In this document: piece by piece, positions 53,343 through 61,812 of the stretch
Numbering within the stretch: position 1 is the first letter of the stretch
How the letters are laid out: each line of letters begins with the position of its first letter
Assembly: GCA_039027675.1 (NCBI GenBank)
Contig: JBCCJS010000001.1
Coordinates: 93,168 to 157,167, forward strand
From: Pseudomonadota bacterium
GTDB taxonomy: Bacteria > Pseudomonadota > Alphaproteobacteria > Sphingomonadales > Sphingomonadaceae
DNA length: 64,000 nt
Direction: 5' to 3'
Notes under the pieces: model-generated
What the model was told of the DNA's origin: nothing
Database searches by the model: none
The model's input: the letters and a program-made list of their open reading frames with translations, nothing else
Translations under genes and position numbers: made by a program

Positions 53343-54362
53343 ATGTCGCACGCACCAAGCCCTCTCAAAATTCCAGAGCACGCCAAGGACAAGATCCACA
53401 TCCTGTTCCTGGCGAAGAATGCGCTGTGGGAAGGCGATATCCACCCCGAGGATGGCAATCACGCCCGCTACCACCGCGAAATGCGCGAAGTGCTCGAAGC
53501 GCTGGGATTACGGCTCACGATCGCGCAGACGCATGACATTCTGTTCGATCCGCCCAAGGAGATCGACCTTGTCTTCCCGCTCCTCAACCGCGCCGGGTTC
53601 TTCAATTCTGAAATGCTGGTGCCGCTTTTGTGCGAGCGTGCGGGTATCCCGTATCTCGGCGCGAGCCCGATCCTGCGCGGTCTTTCGGATGACAAGCACC
53701 TTGCCAAGCGCGCCGCTTTGGATGCAGGCCTGCCAACCGCGCCCTGGGCAATCTTCCGTAAGGGTGCCCCAGTCACGCCAGAGCGCCTGCCTGAGGCGCA
53801 GCGCTACGTGATCAAACCCAATAACTCTTCCGCCAGCTGGGGAGTGCAGGACGCGACTGATTGGCACGGCGTGAGGGCGGCGGTCGAGCGCATTCATGAG
53901 GACCCAGCCAATCGCGGGCAGGATGCAATCGTCGAACCCTTCCTTGACGGCAGCGATGTCGAAGTGCCGGTGGTCACTATTGATGGCCAGCCGCAGATCC
54001 TGCCTATGCTGATCTTCCGCCAGGCGGACCCATCGCACCTTCGCACCTACTACGAGAAGCGCGATCTGGTGGATCGCAGCCAGAAATACTCGCTCGACCC
54101 CTTTGAAAACCCTGAGGTGACTGCGCGCATCGCAGAAATGACCAAGCTATGCTGGGAGGAGTATCGCCCGTTCGATTATGGCCGCTTCGAATTCCGCGTT
54201 AACGAGGCGACAGGCGACATCCAGTTCCTGGAGCTCAATCTCAACTGCAATCTCTGGTCGCAAAAGGTCTTTGGCCGCGCCGCCGCTATGGCCGGGTGGA
54301 CGCAGGAGGAACTGATCCAGACGATCATCGCCGAAGGGCTGGCGCGCTACGGGCTGATTTGA
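53343..54362 (+). CDS. D-Ala-D-Ala-ligase-like ATP-grasp enzyme, divergent
   Basis: Motifs GIPYLG, DKHLAK, VIKP..SSASWGV, VEPFLDG, GRFEF and FLELN. Start placed at MSHAP. Confidence 0.82.
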   Translation: MSHAPSPLKIPEHAKDKIHILFLAKNALWEGDIHPEDGNHARYHREMREVLEALGLRLTIAQTHDILFDPPKEIDLVFPLLNRAGFFNSEMLVPLLCERAGIPYLGASPILRGLSDDKHLAKRAALDAGLPTAPWAIFRKGAPVTPERLPEAQRYVIKPNNSSASWGVQDATDWHGVRAAVERIHEDPANRGQDAIVEPFLDGSDVEVPVVTIDGQPQILPMLIFRQADPSHLRTYYEKRDLVDRSQKYSLDPFENPEVTARIAEMTKLCWEEYRPFDYGRFEFRVNEATGDIQFLELNLNCNLWSQKVFGRAAAMAGWTQEELIQTIIAEGLARYGLI

Positions 54363-54367
54363 GACGT

Positions 54368-55312
54368 TTACTCCTCAGCGCTGGCCTCATACGCCGCGAT
54401 CATCTCATCGATAATGGCTGATGAGACCCAGTAAATATCTTCATTGCTGGTGAACATAAACGCTGACCCGTCGAGCGAAACTTGCGGGCACAATTCGTGG
54501 CCTTTGGTGTTGACGCGCTCATCAAAGGCGATGGGGTGTGACCAGCCGCCATCCTCCTTGGCGACGCTCAGATAAATGTCCCCGCGCCCTGCCCCATCTC
54601 TGCGGTTAGAGGCGAAGATGAGATAGCGACGGTCTGGGTCGATGAAGGGATCGCCCTCATAAGCGCGCATGTTGATGCCATCGGGCAAACGGATCGCTTC
54701 TTCGCCACCCTCCAGCGGCGCTTCGTAGAGGTCAAAGCCCTGCCCACCTCTGTTGGAGGACAAAAACACCGCACCATTCTTGGTGATTGAGGTGTAATAA
54801 TCATCGCTATCTGAGTTCACCGGCGCATCCAGGAACACCGCCTCGCCCCAGCTTCCGTCGATCTCGCGCGGCAGATAGGCAAGGTCCGCAGTCCCGCGCA
54901 CCTTAGTGATGAAATAGAGCCGCTGCTCGTCTGCCGAGAGATACGGGTCGTGCGCGTTGTAATTGGGCTTGCCAATCACCGGCTTTGGCCCAACCCACTG
55001 CGCGCCATCCCACGAATAGCTCTCGATCGATTGCCACTGCCCATGCTCGACCCCGATCGTGAGCGTGCGCCCATCGCGCGAAAGGGTCTGGCAAAATTCA
55101 TAGCGGTCAGGCCGAGAGACAAACCCTGCGCCCAGAACCTCTGGCTGGCTATTCGGGGGCGTAGGCGCCTCTTGCATTGCCGGTGGGACAGCCTCTTGCG
55201 AATTGCCGAGCGCCCCCGCAAGAGACGACGCGACAAACGGTGCGCTAAACTGGGCCACCAAGAACGCACCAAGACTTCCCAGAACCACCCCTGCGAAGAC
55301 CGCGCTTTTCAT
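54368..55312 (-). CDS. Exported PD40 (TolB-like beta-propeller) repeat protein
   Basis: Repeats of the P.(L/F)S.DG..L.F.S type (DPYLSADEQRLYF, DPFIDPDRRYLIFAS, CPQVSLDGSAFMF) and an N-terminal hydrophobic signal. Confidence 0.85.
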   Translation of the reverse strand: MKSAVFAGVVLGSLGAFLVAQFSAPFVASSLAGALGNSQEAVPPAMQEAPTPPNSQPEVLGAGFVSRPDRYEFCQTLSRDGRTLTIGVEHGQWQSIESYSWDGAQWVGPKPVIGKPNYNAHDPYLSADEQRLYFITKVRGTADLAYLPREIDGSWGEAVFLDAPVNSDSDDYYTSITKNGAVFLSSNRGGQGFDLYEAPLEGGEEAIRLPDGINMRAYEGDPFIDPDRRYLIFASNRRDGAGRGDIYLSVAKEDGGWSHPIAFDERVNTKGHELCPQVSLDGSAFMFTSNEDIYWVSSAIIDEMIAAYEASAEE

Positions 55313-55604
55313 CGAGCAACATCCTTGTCGCAATACCACAGCTATCAGGCGTGAAAACGGGTGTCTTTGGTGTCAAGCTATCGGGTGCGAATGGGCGATA
55401 TTGCGCTCTTTTTTTGCGTTGCAGGGTGGATTCTCCTGGCGATCACCATGGCCCTCACGCTGAGGATCCCCAGCGCGGATTGGTTCACGCAAGTCTCGCC
55501 CGGGCCCAACACGCCCTAATCCCCGACCCGCTTGCCCTACTCGCCCCGCGCTGCTGGACACCACGCCAGTGCTCGCGCATTCTGCACAGCAAGGGGAACA
55601 CATT

Positions 55605-57284
55605 ATGCGTTGGATTAAAGCAGTTTTGAGCGCGGCTTTGCTGGTGGCGCTGCCTATTCAAGCGCCCGCTCAAGCGCAAGAAACAAGAGACAAATACGAC
55701 GACCTCGTTGCGCTGCATTCCGAATTGCTCGAATTCATGGTGCCCGGCTTTTACGCCGAAGTGGTGCTCGAATCCGGAGCGCGGGTCGATAGCACCTATG
55801 TCGAAAGCCTGATGGACGAAAAGCTCGCCGGTCTTGCCCGCTTCGAGACCGAGCTTGCCGCACTGCCCGTCCAATCCTGGCCGCGCGACAAGCAGGTGGA
55901 TTTCCTCGCGGTCAAATCGATCCTCAATGGGTATCGCTTCAATCTCGAAGTGCTCAAACCCTGGAAGCGCGATCCGGGCTTTTATCTCGACCCGATGATG
56001 CGCGTTGCCTTTAGCGAAGTTACGGGAAGCGACGCTGAAATCGCTGATCTCAAGCGCAGATTGAAACTGGTGCCCGAAGCCATCACTTCGGCGCGCGCCA
56101 ACCTTACCGAAGTCGCGGGCGACTTTGCCGATCTGGCGCTCCACAACCTCGAAAACAGCGACGGGGTGAACCACTACCATCCCTATCGCGAGGTTCCTCC
56201 GCCAGGCATTATCGGCTGGTACGATGACCTGCTCCAGCGCGCTCGCACGGACCGCCCTGACCTTGTCGCCGACGCTGAGGCCGCCAAAGCCGCGTTAGAA
56301 GGCTTTCGCGACTGGCTGCTTGCTGAGCGAGCGAGCATGACCACGCCCGCTGGGGTCGGTGATGCGCGCTATGACTGGTTCATCCGCCATGTGCGCATGA
56401 TGCCGCTGACGGGTGAGGAAATGATCACGCTTGCCGAGCGCGAGCATGAGCGTATGAGCGCCGCGCTCACCCTGCTGCGCCACCGCAACCGTGCTTTGCC
56501 TCCAATCGAGCTTTCGCAAAGCGCCGCCGAGCAAGAAGCCAAGATTGCCGAGACCGATGCGCGCGTGCGCCGGTTCCTGACCCAGCAAGAGATCATCACA
56601 ATCCCCGATTTTGTCGGCGAGCTGGGTGCCAACACGCCTTATATCGAGCGTCCGGACGGACCCAATTTCTGGGAGCAGATCCAGTTTCGCGATCCCATTC
56701 CCGATCATGTCCACGCAGTTATTCCCGGCCACCGCTACGATGCGGTCCTTGCCGCGCGCGACACACGGCCCATTCGGTCAAGCTACAGCGATGGCGGGCG
56801 GCTCGAAGGCTGGGCGACCTATCTCGAAGAAGCGACGATGCTGGCAGGCGGCACGCAATATTCGCCGCGCGCAGACGAGTTCATGATGATTTTCGGCATC
56901 TTCCGCGCCGCCCGCGTTCCCGCCGATATCTACATGCAGCGCAACAATTGGAGCGTGGCGCAGGCGGTGGACTATATGCGCGCCAAGACGCCGTTGCTCG
57001 ATGTCGATGTCGCGCGGGTCGATGCGGAAATCTATTTGCGTCGCCCGCCCGGCTATGGCGTCGCTTACACGATCGGCAAATTGCAAATGGACGCACTTCT
57101 CGCTGACCGTGCCAGCCAATTGGGAGAGGCGTTTGTCCTCAAGGACTTCCACGATGAGTTCATGGCAATGGGGCGCTTGCCGATTGCTCTCATCCGCTAT
57201 GAGATGACCGGGCTTGATGACGAGGTCGCCTTGTTCTGGGCCACACCACCCATCCCCGCCGAGGACGCGCCAGCGGCGGACTAG
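55605..57284 (+). CDS. DUF885 family exported protein
   Basis: Signal peptide (…APAQA); motifs HAVIPGH, EGWATYLEE and PGYGVAYTIG; SD AAGGGG. Confidence 0.85.
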   Translation: MRWIKAVLSAALLVALPIQAPAQAQETRDKYDDLVALHSELLEFMVPGFYAEVVLESGARVDSTYVESLMDEKLAGLARFETELAALPVQSWPRDKQVDFLAVKSILNGYRFNLEVLKPWKRDPGFYLDPMMRVAFSEVTGSDAEIADLKRRLKLVPEAITSARANLTEVAGDFADLALHNLENSDGVNHYHPYREVPPPGIIGWYDDLLQRARTDRPDLVADAEAAKAALEGFRDWLLAERASMTTPAGVGDARYDWFIRHVRMMPLTGEEMITLAEREHERMSAALTLLRHRNRALPPIELSQSAAEQEAKIAETDARVRRFLTQQEIITIPDFVGELGANTPYIERPDGPNFWEQIQFRDPIPDHVHAVIPGHRYDAVLAARDTRPIRSSYSDGGRLEGWATYLEEATMLAGGTQYSPRADEFMMIFGIFRAARVPADIYMQRNNWSVAQAVDYMRAKTPLLDVDVARVDAEIYLRRPPGYGVAYTIGKLQMDALLADRASQLGEAFVLKDFHDEFMAMGRLPIALIRYEMTGLDDEVALFWATPPIPAEDAPAAD

Positions 57285-58180
57285 AGCTTCAGCTTGTCCA
57301 TCACCCGTTCGACAAGGCCAATTGCTGCGGGCGGCGTGTAACGCCTGACCCATTGGCGGCGGTGGTTATGCGCGCTCGCTACATCCTCTGAGCCCGGTCG
57401 CGGGCGGAAGAGCGTGGTGTGCTCCACGTGGCTCGGCGACCAGGTCGCCGTGTAGTAATAGAGCGCCATTGAAAGCCTTGGCATGCCATCGGGGTGTTTC
57501 ACCGGTTCCGGATTGCCGTGCATGCTGGTCGAGGATGTGCTGAAACAGGCCATGCGGTTCATGACCGGAGTAAAGCTTGCCACCTGGCTTTTCATATCCG
57601 GGGTCCAGACCTCGAAATTCCCGCCAAATTCAGGCTGCCAGCCGGGATTGAGATAGATCAGCACATTCAATCGCCGCTCAAGGTTCATTTCCTTATGGCG
57701 ATTGAAATCGGCATGGATGCCCAGATAGCCGCGATTATTGGTCCGGTGAATGCCCCCGCCCTGGAAATAGGGATCAGGAATGAGCCCATCTATCCCGGTC
57801 ATCTTCTCGAGGAATTTGATAAATGACTGGGAATTGAGAGCAGTGAAAACGAGCCGCGAGTAATGCGGCAAGATGTCGGGGCTGTAGGATGTTTTGCGGT
57901 GCTCCTGTAGGCTGGAGTTCTGTGCGGTCTTCTCACCCATCGCAAGCGCTTCCTCGCGCACTTTCAGAACAACCTCTTCAGGCAGGAAGTTGTCGATTGC
58001 TATGTGATGAAAGGGCTCGGCGGACTGGTAATCCTGCGCAAAAGCCTTCCCACAACGCGCGGCTTCGTCTGCTTCGAGATGCAGCGCGTCTGGATCAAGC
58101 GGATAGGCAGGCGACGCAAGGCTTGCCGCTGTTCGTGCGCCCTCATCCTCTTGTTGCGCAATCAACGCGTCTTGTTGCAT
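57281..58180 (-). CDS. 2OG-Fe(II) oxygenase (prolyl-4-hydroxylase-like)
   Basis: HxD (GIHADF), distal His (SMHG) and RxS (RLS). Confidence 0.9.
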   Translation of the reverse strand: MQQDALIAQQEDEGARTAASLASPAYPLDPDALHLEADEAARCGKAFAQDYQSAEPFHHIAIDNFLPEEVVLKVREEALAMGEKTAQNSSLQEHRKTSYSPDILPHYSRLVFTALNSQSFIKFLEKMTGIDGLIPDPYFQGGGIHRTNNRGYLGIHADFNRHKEMNLERRLNVLIYLNPGWQPEFGGNFEVWTPDMKSQVASFTPVMNRMACFSTSSTSMHGNPEPVKHPDGMPRLSMALYYYTATWSPSHVEHTTLFRPRPGSEDVASAHNHRRQWVRRYTPPAAIGLVERVMDKLKL

Positions 58181-58357
58181 GGAACCCTCGACGAATTAGA
58201 CGAAATGACGTGAAAAGAGAATAGGCGCGATAAGCATACGAAGTCGAGCGAAATTCGCCGAGCTACGGTTTTCGTAGCGCCCTATTCTGGCACGCAATTA
58301 TCAAGCTCAGTTAAGCGCGAAAGGCAGACATTCGTAGAATGATCAGGTGCTGAATTA

Positions 58358-59092
58358 TCAAGCAGGCACTTCAATGCCGGCAAAGTCAAACACGCGGCCC
58401 GATTGCTCTGACCCCAGTTGTGACAGCACGCTTAGCAGGTTTGTTGCTGCGTCTGCGGGCTCGGTCAATTGGCCATTTGGCAGGCCTTTTTGGAACGGCT
58501 TGGAAAGGTCGCTGTCCACAGTGCCCGGATGAAGCCCCACGACCACGCCCTGCTTGTGTGTGCGCGCCATTTCCAGCGCGAAGTTCTTGAGCATCATATT
58601 GAGCGCGGCCTTGGATGCGCGGTAGGAGTGCCAGCCTCCCAGCCCATTGTCCGAGATCGAGCCGACACGCGCTGACAAAGCTGCGAAAACGAACGGCTCA
58701 GAACGCGGCATTAGCGGCAAGATATGCTTTGCGACCAGCGCCGGGCCGATCGTGTTAAGCGCCAGAACCTTGGCCATAGCCTCACCTGAGAGGCGTTTAA
58801 AGGTGCGCTCTGGTCCTGTTCCGTCCGCCAGTGTCAGCACGCCGCTGGCAACAATCACCCATTCGGGCGGCGCGCCGCGCATCAGGTCTGCCGCAGCTGC
58901 AATACTGGCCTCATCCTCCAGGTCGAAGGCGAAAGGGGTGATGGCGGCTCCTGCGGGCTCTTTCCCGCCGCGCGATCCGGCATAGACCGTCTCGCAACCG
59001 CCTGCGGCCAGCGTCTCACACAAGGCCCGGCCAATTCCTCCGGTGCTGCCAAAAACCGCCGCGCGGCGTGGGAATTTTCCTACATGGTTCAT
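58358..59092 (-). CDS. Short-chain dehydrogenase/reductase (CsgA/C-factor-like)
   Basis: Motifs GSTGGIG, SARVGSISDN..GGWHSYRASK and LHPGTVDSDLSKPF. Confidence 0.92.
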   Translation of the reverse strand: MNHVGKFPRRAAVFGSTGGIGRALCETLAAGGCETVYAGSRGGKEPAGAAITPFAFDLEDEASIAAAADLMRGAPPEWVIVASGVLTLADGTGPERTFKRLSGEAMAKVLALNTIGPALVAKHILPLMPRSEPFVFAALSARVGSISDNGLGGWHSYRASKAALNMMLKNFALEMARTHKQGVVVGLHPGTVDSDLSKPFQKGLPNGQLTEPADAATNLLSVLSQLGSEQSGRVFDFAGIEVPA

Positions 59093-59192
59093 ACTTGCTA
59101 ACAGTGAGAGACATGGCGATGAGTTCCCCTGATCTGCTTCAATTTTTTCGGCCGCAAGGTGGCTCTTGAGAGGGGTGCGTTTTCTACTTTTG

Positions 59193-59217
59193 GACTGTGT
59201 AACATGTGTCTCCTACA
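59193..59217. repeat. 25-bp dispersed motif, copy 2 (SDR/sdhB divergent region)
   Basis: GACTGTGTAACATGTGTCTCCTACA, 24/25 identical to 2100-2124. Confidence 0.9.
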
Positions 59218-59343
59218 CGCGTGCGCTCATATCGGGTAATGAACCGCGCTCAATTGGCGTCTCAAAGCTCGCAACACCGCGCATCTTGCCTCGCTCGCGC
59301 AGCGCGTTACATACCAAACAAACGCAATTGGGATAAATGCAGA

Positions 59344-60126
59344 ATGGCAACTTTCACGCTTCCGAAGAATTCGAAAATCAGAAAGGATGGAAAGGCGCAC
59401 AAGGCCAAGGGCGCCAAGCGCGCCAAGTCCTTCAAGATTTACCGCTACGATCCCGATAGCGGCAAGAACCCGCGCTATGACAAGTTCGAGATCGACCTTG
59501 AAGAATGCGGGCCGATGGTGCTGGATGCGCTGTTCAAGATCAAGAATGAGGTGGACCCAACGCTGACCTTCCGACGGTCCTGCCGCGAGGGGATTTGCGG
59601 TTCGTGCGCGATGAACCTCAACGGCAAGAACGCGCTGGCCTGCACCACCGCGATTGAGGACCTTGACGGTGAGATCCGCATCACTCCGCTGCCGCATATG
59701 GAAGTGATCAAGGATCTGGTGCCTGATTTCACGCACTTCTACGCGCAATACGCCTCTATCCGGCCCTGGCTTCAAACCGTCTCGACCACGCCATCGGGCA
59801 AGGAGCGGCTGCAATCGCCTGAACAGCGTGAGCAATTGGATGGCCTTTATGAGTGCATTCTGTGCGCGTGCTGCTCGACCTCGTGCCCGAGCTATTGGTG
59901 GAATTCGGACAAGTTCCTGGGACCCGCCATCCTGCTGCAGGCCTATCGCTGGCTCGCTGACAGCCGCGATGAGATGACGGGTGAGCGCCTTGATGCTCTC
60001 GAAGATCCGTTCCGTCTCTATCGCTGCCATACGATCATGAACTGCGCGAATGTCTGCCCCAAGGGCCTAAGCCCCGCCAAGGCGATCGCCGAGACCAAGA
60101 AGATGATGGCCGAACGCGCCATTTGA
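59344..60126 (+). CDS. sdhB: Succinate dehydrogenase iron-sulfur subunit
   Basis: Motifs [22 protein letters not shown] and [12 protein letters not shown]. Confidence 0.98.
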   Translation: MATFTLPKNSKIRKDGKAHKAKGAKRAKSFKIYRYDPDSGKNPRYDKFEIDLEECGPMVLDALFKIKNEVDPTLTFRRSCREGICGSCAMNLNGKNALACTTAIEDLDGEIRITPLPHMEVIKDLVPDFTHFYAQYASIRPWLQTVSTTPSGKERLQSPEQREQLDGLYECILCACCSTSCPSYWWNSDKFLGPAILLQAYRWLADSRDEMTGERLDALEDPFRLYRCHTIMNCANVCPKGLSPAKAIAETKKMMAERAI

Positions 60127-60183
60127 TGCGGCCTGCTTGGGGCGGCTTTCCTACTCGGGATGAAGCCGCTAACGCCCGCATTC

Positions 60184-60684
60184 ATGAGCAACGTACCTGT
60201 AGACCTACCCTTCGAGCACCGCCCGCTTTTGCCTGAGGAAACGGACGGCCAGGAGGGCTGGTACACCTGGAACATGATCGACCGCACGCGTTTCAACACG
60301 CAGGTTCTGGGCGAGATGTGGGTCCGCGCGGAAGGCAATCAGTGCCGCCTGCGCATGTTCCCCGAACGGCGCCACACCAATCTTGCTGATATGGTGCACG
60401 GCGCGGTGACTTTGGGCCTCACCGATATCGCGCTGTTTGCGACCATGCATATGATCGGCCACGGCGATGCAGGCCCTTCGGTGACGGTCGAACTATCGAG
60501 CCAGTTCGTTGGGCCCGGCGATCCGACCAAGCCGCTCGACGCAGTGACCGAAATCACGCAGGAAACGGGGCGCATGATGTTTGCACGCGGCCAGTGCGTT
60601 CAGGGCGATACTATCGTCACCAATTACTCCGGCATTGTGCGCAAGATGAAATCGAGACCGGCTGCCTCGGCTTCGGCCTCATGA
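60184..60684 (+). CDS. PaaI family (hotdog-fold) thioesterase
   Basis: HTNLADMVHGAVTLGLTD hotdog motif. Confidence 0.85.
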   Translation: MSNVPVDLPFEHRPLLPEETDGQEGWYTWNMIDRTRFNTQVLGEMWVRAEGNQCRLRMFPERRHTNLADMVHGAVTLGLTDIALFATMHMIGHGDAGPSVTVELSSQFVGPGDPTKPLDAVTEITQETGRMMFARGQCVQGDTIVTNYSGIVRKMKSRPAASASAS

Positions 60685-61796
60685 CAGGGCTGCTTGCGCG
60701 TTACGAAAAACTGATTGCGAGCGGGGAGCTGCATGCTGACCCCGATCAACGCGCGGCGGCGGCCCGGCTTGATCGTCTACAAAAGGACCTGGAGGCCAAG
60801 CGCCCCGGCGGGCTCATCACGCAGTTCTTCAACTCCGGTCCCCGGCGCGCTGAGGGGGTCTATATGTGGGGCGGCGTCGGGCGCGGCAAATCGATGCTGA
60901 TGGATCTCTTCCACGAAGCGCTTAGCATCACCGAAAAGCGCCGGGTGCACTTCCACGCCTTCATGCAGGAGGTCCACGCAGCGATCCGTGAGGCGCGGCT
61001 GAGCCATCCGGGCGATCCGATCCCGACTGTCGCAGAGCGGCTATCCGAAGGGCTACGGTGCCTCAACTTTGACGAGATGGTGGTCAACAACTCCGCCGAT
61101 GCGATGATCATGAGCCGGCTGTTTACTCAGCTCATCCGTGAGCGCGATGTGACCATCATCACCACCTCGAACCGGCCACCGAGCGATCTTTACAAGGACG
61201 GCCTCAACCGCGAGCATTTCCTGCCTTTCATCGACCTCATCCAGGAAGAGCTCGACGTTCTCAGCCTCAACGGGCCAACCGATTACCGGCTTGACCGGAT
61301 TGGCGGGCTTGCGACCTGGCATGTGCCTCTGGGCGATGCGGCCACGGCGAAAGTGCGCGAGGCCTTCTTTCGCCTCACCGACTTCGCGCCCGAGGATGCC
61401 GACAACGTGCCCTCAGAGGAATTGGCCGTTGGCGCGAAACGCTCGCTGCATGTGCCCAAGAGCCTCAAGGGCGTTGCCGTCTTCAGTTTCAAGCGCTTGT
61501 GTGGCGAAGCGCGCGGCGCGCCTGATTACCTGGCGGTTGCACGGGCGTTCCACACCGTGATCCTTGTCGGCATTCCGCTGATGGGCCCGGACAAGCGTAA
61601 TGAGGCGGCGCGGTTCGTGACGCTGATTGACGCGCTTTACGAGCACAAGGTCAAGCTGTTCGCTACCGCCGATGCGCTGCCCGAAGCGCTCTACGAAGCG
61701 GGCGATGGCGCGTTCGAGTTCGAGCGCACCGTAAGCCGCCTCAATGAGATGCAAAGCGATGAATACCTCGCGCTTGGCCACGGAGAGGAGGGTTGA
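60681..61796 (+). CDS. zapE: Cell division ATPase ZapE (AFG1 family)
   Basis: Walker A GGVGRGKS, Walker B NFDE, TTSN and RFVTLIDALYE. Confidence 0.93.
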   Translation: MTGLLARYEKLIASGELHADPDQRAAAARLDRLQKDLEAKRPGGLITQFFNSGPRRAEGVYMWGGVGRGKSMLMDLFHEALSITEKRRVHFHAFMQEVHAAIREARLSHPGDPIPTVAERLSEGLRCLNFDEMVVNNSADAMIMSRLFTQLIRERDVTIITTSNRPPSDLYKDGLNREHFLPFIDLIQEELDVLSLNGPTDYRLDRIGGLATWHVPLGDAATAKVREAFFRLTDFAPEDADNVPSEELAVGAKRSLHVPKSLKGVAVFSFKRLCGEARGAPDYLAVARAFHTVILVGIPLMGPDKRNEAARFVTLIDALYEHKVKLFATADALPEALYEAGDGAFEFERTVSRLNEMQSDEYLALGHGEEG

Positions 61797-61812
61797 GTAG
61801 GGCTGAGGGAGA

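Noticed and set aside
55313-55604. TPP, cobalamin or tRNA-like element upstream of DUF885
   Set aside because: Only a partial GCTGAG match; the GAACCTGAT core, B12 box and cloverleaf are absent.
59129-59142. FNR-like site CTGAT-N4-TTCAA upstream of sdhB
   Set aside because: Two mismatches, one in each half-site; too weak without conservation data.
59206-59343. Extended sdhB start (GTG 59206), and a minus-strand 21-codon ORF starting inside the 25-bp motif
   Set aside because: SdhB homology begins at MATF. The second motif copy has G instead of T and so no ATG, which argues against a conserved peptide.
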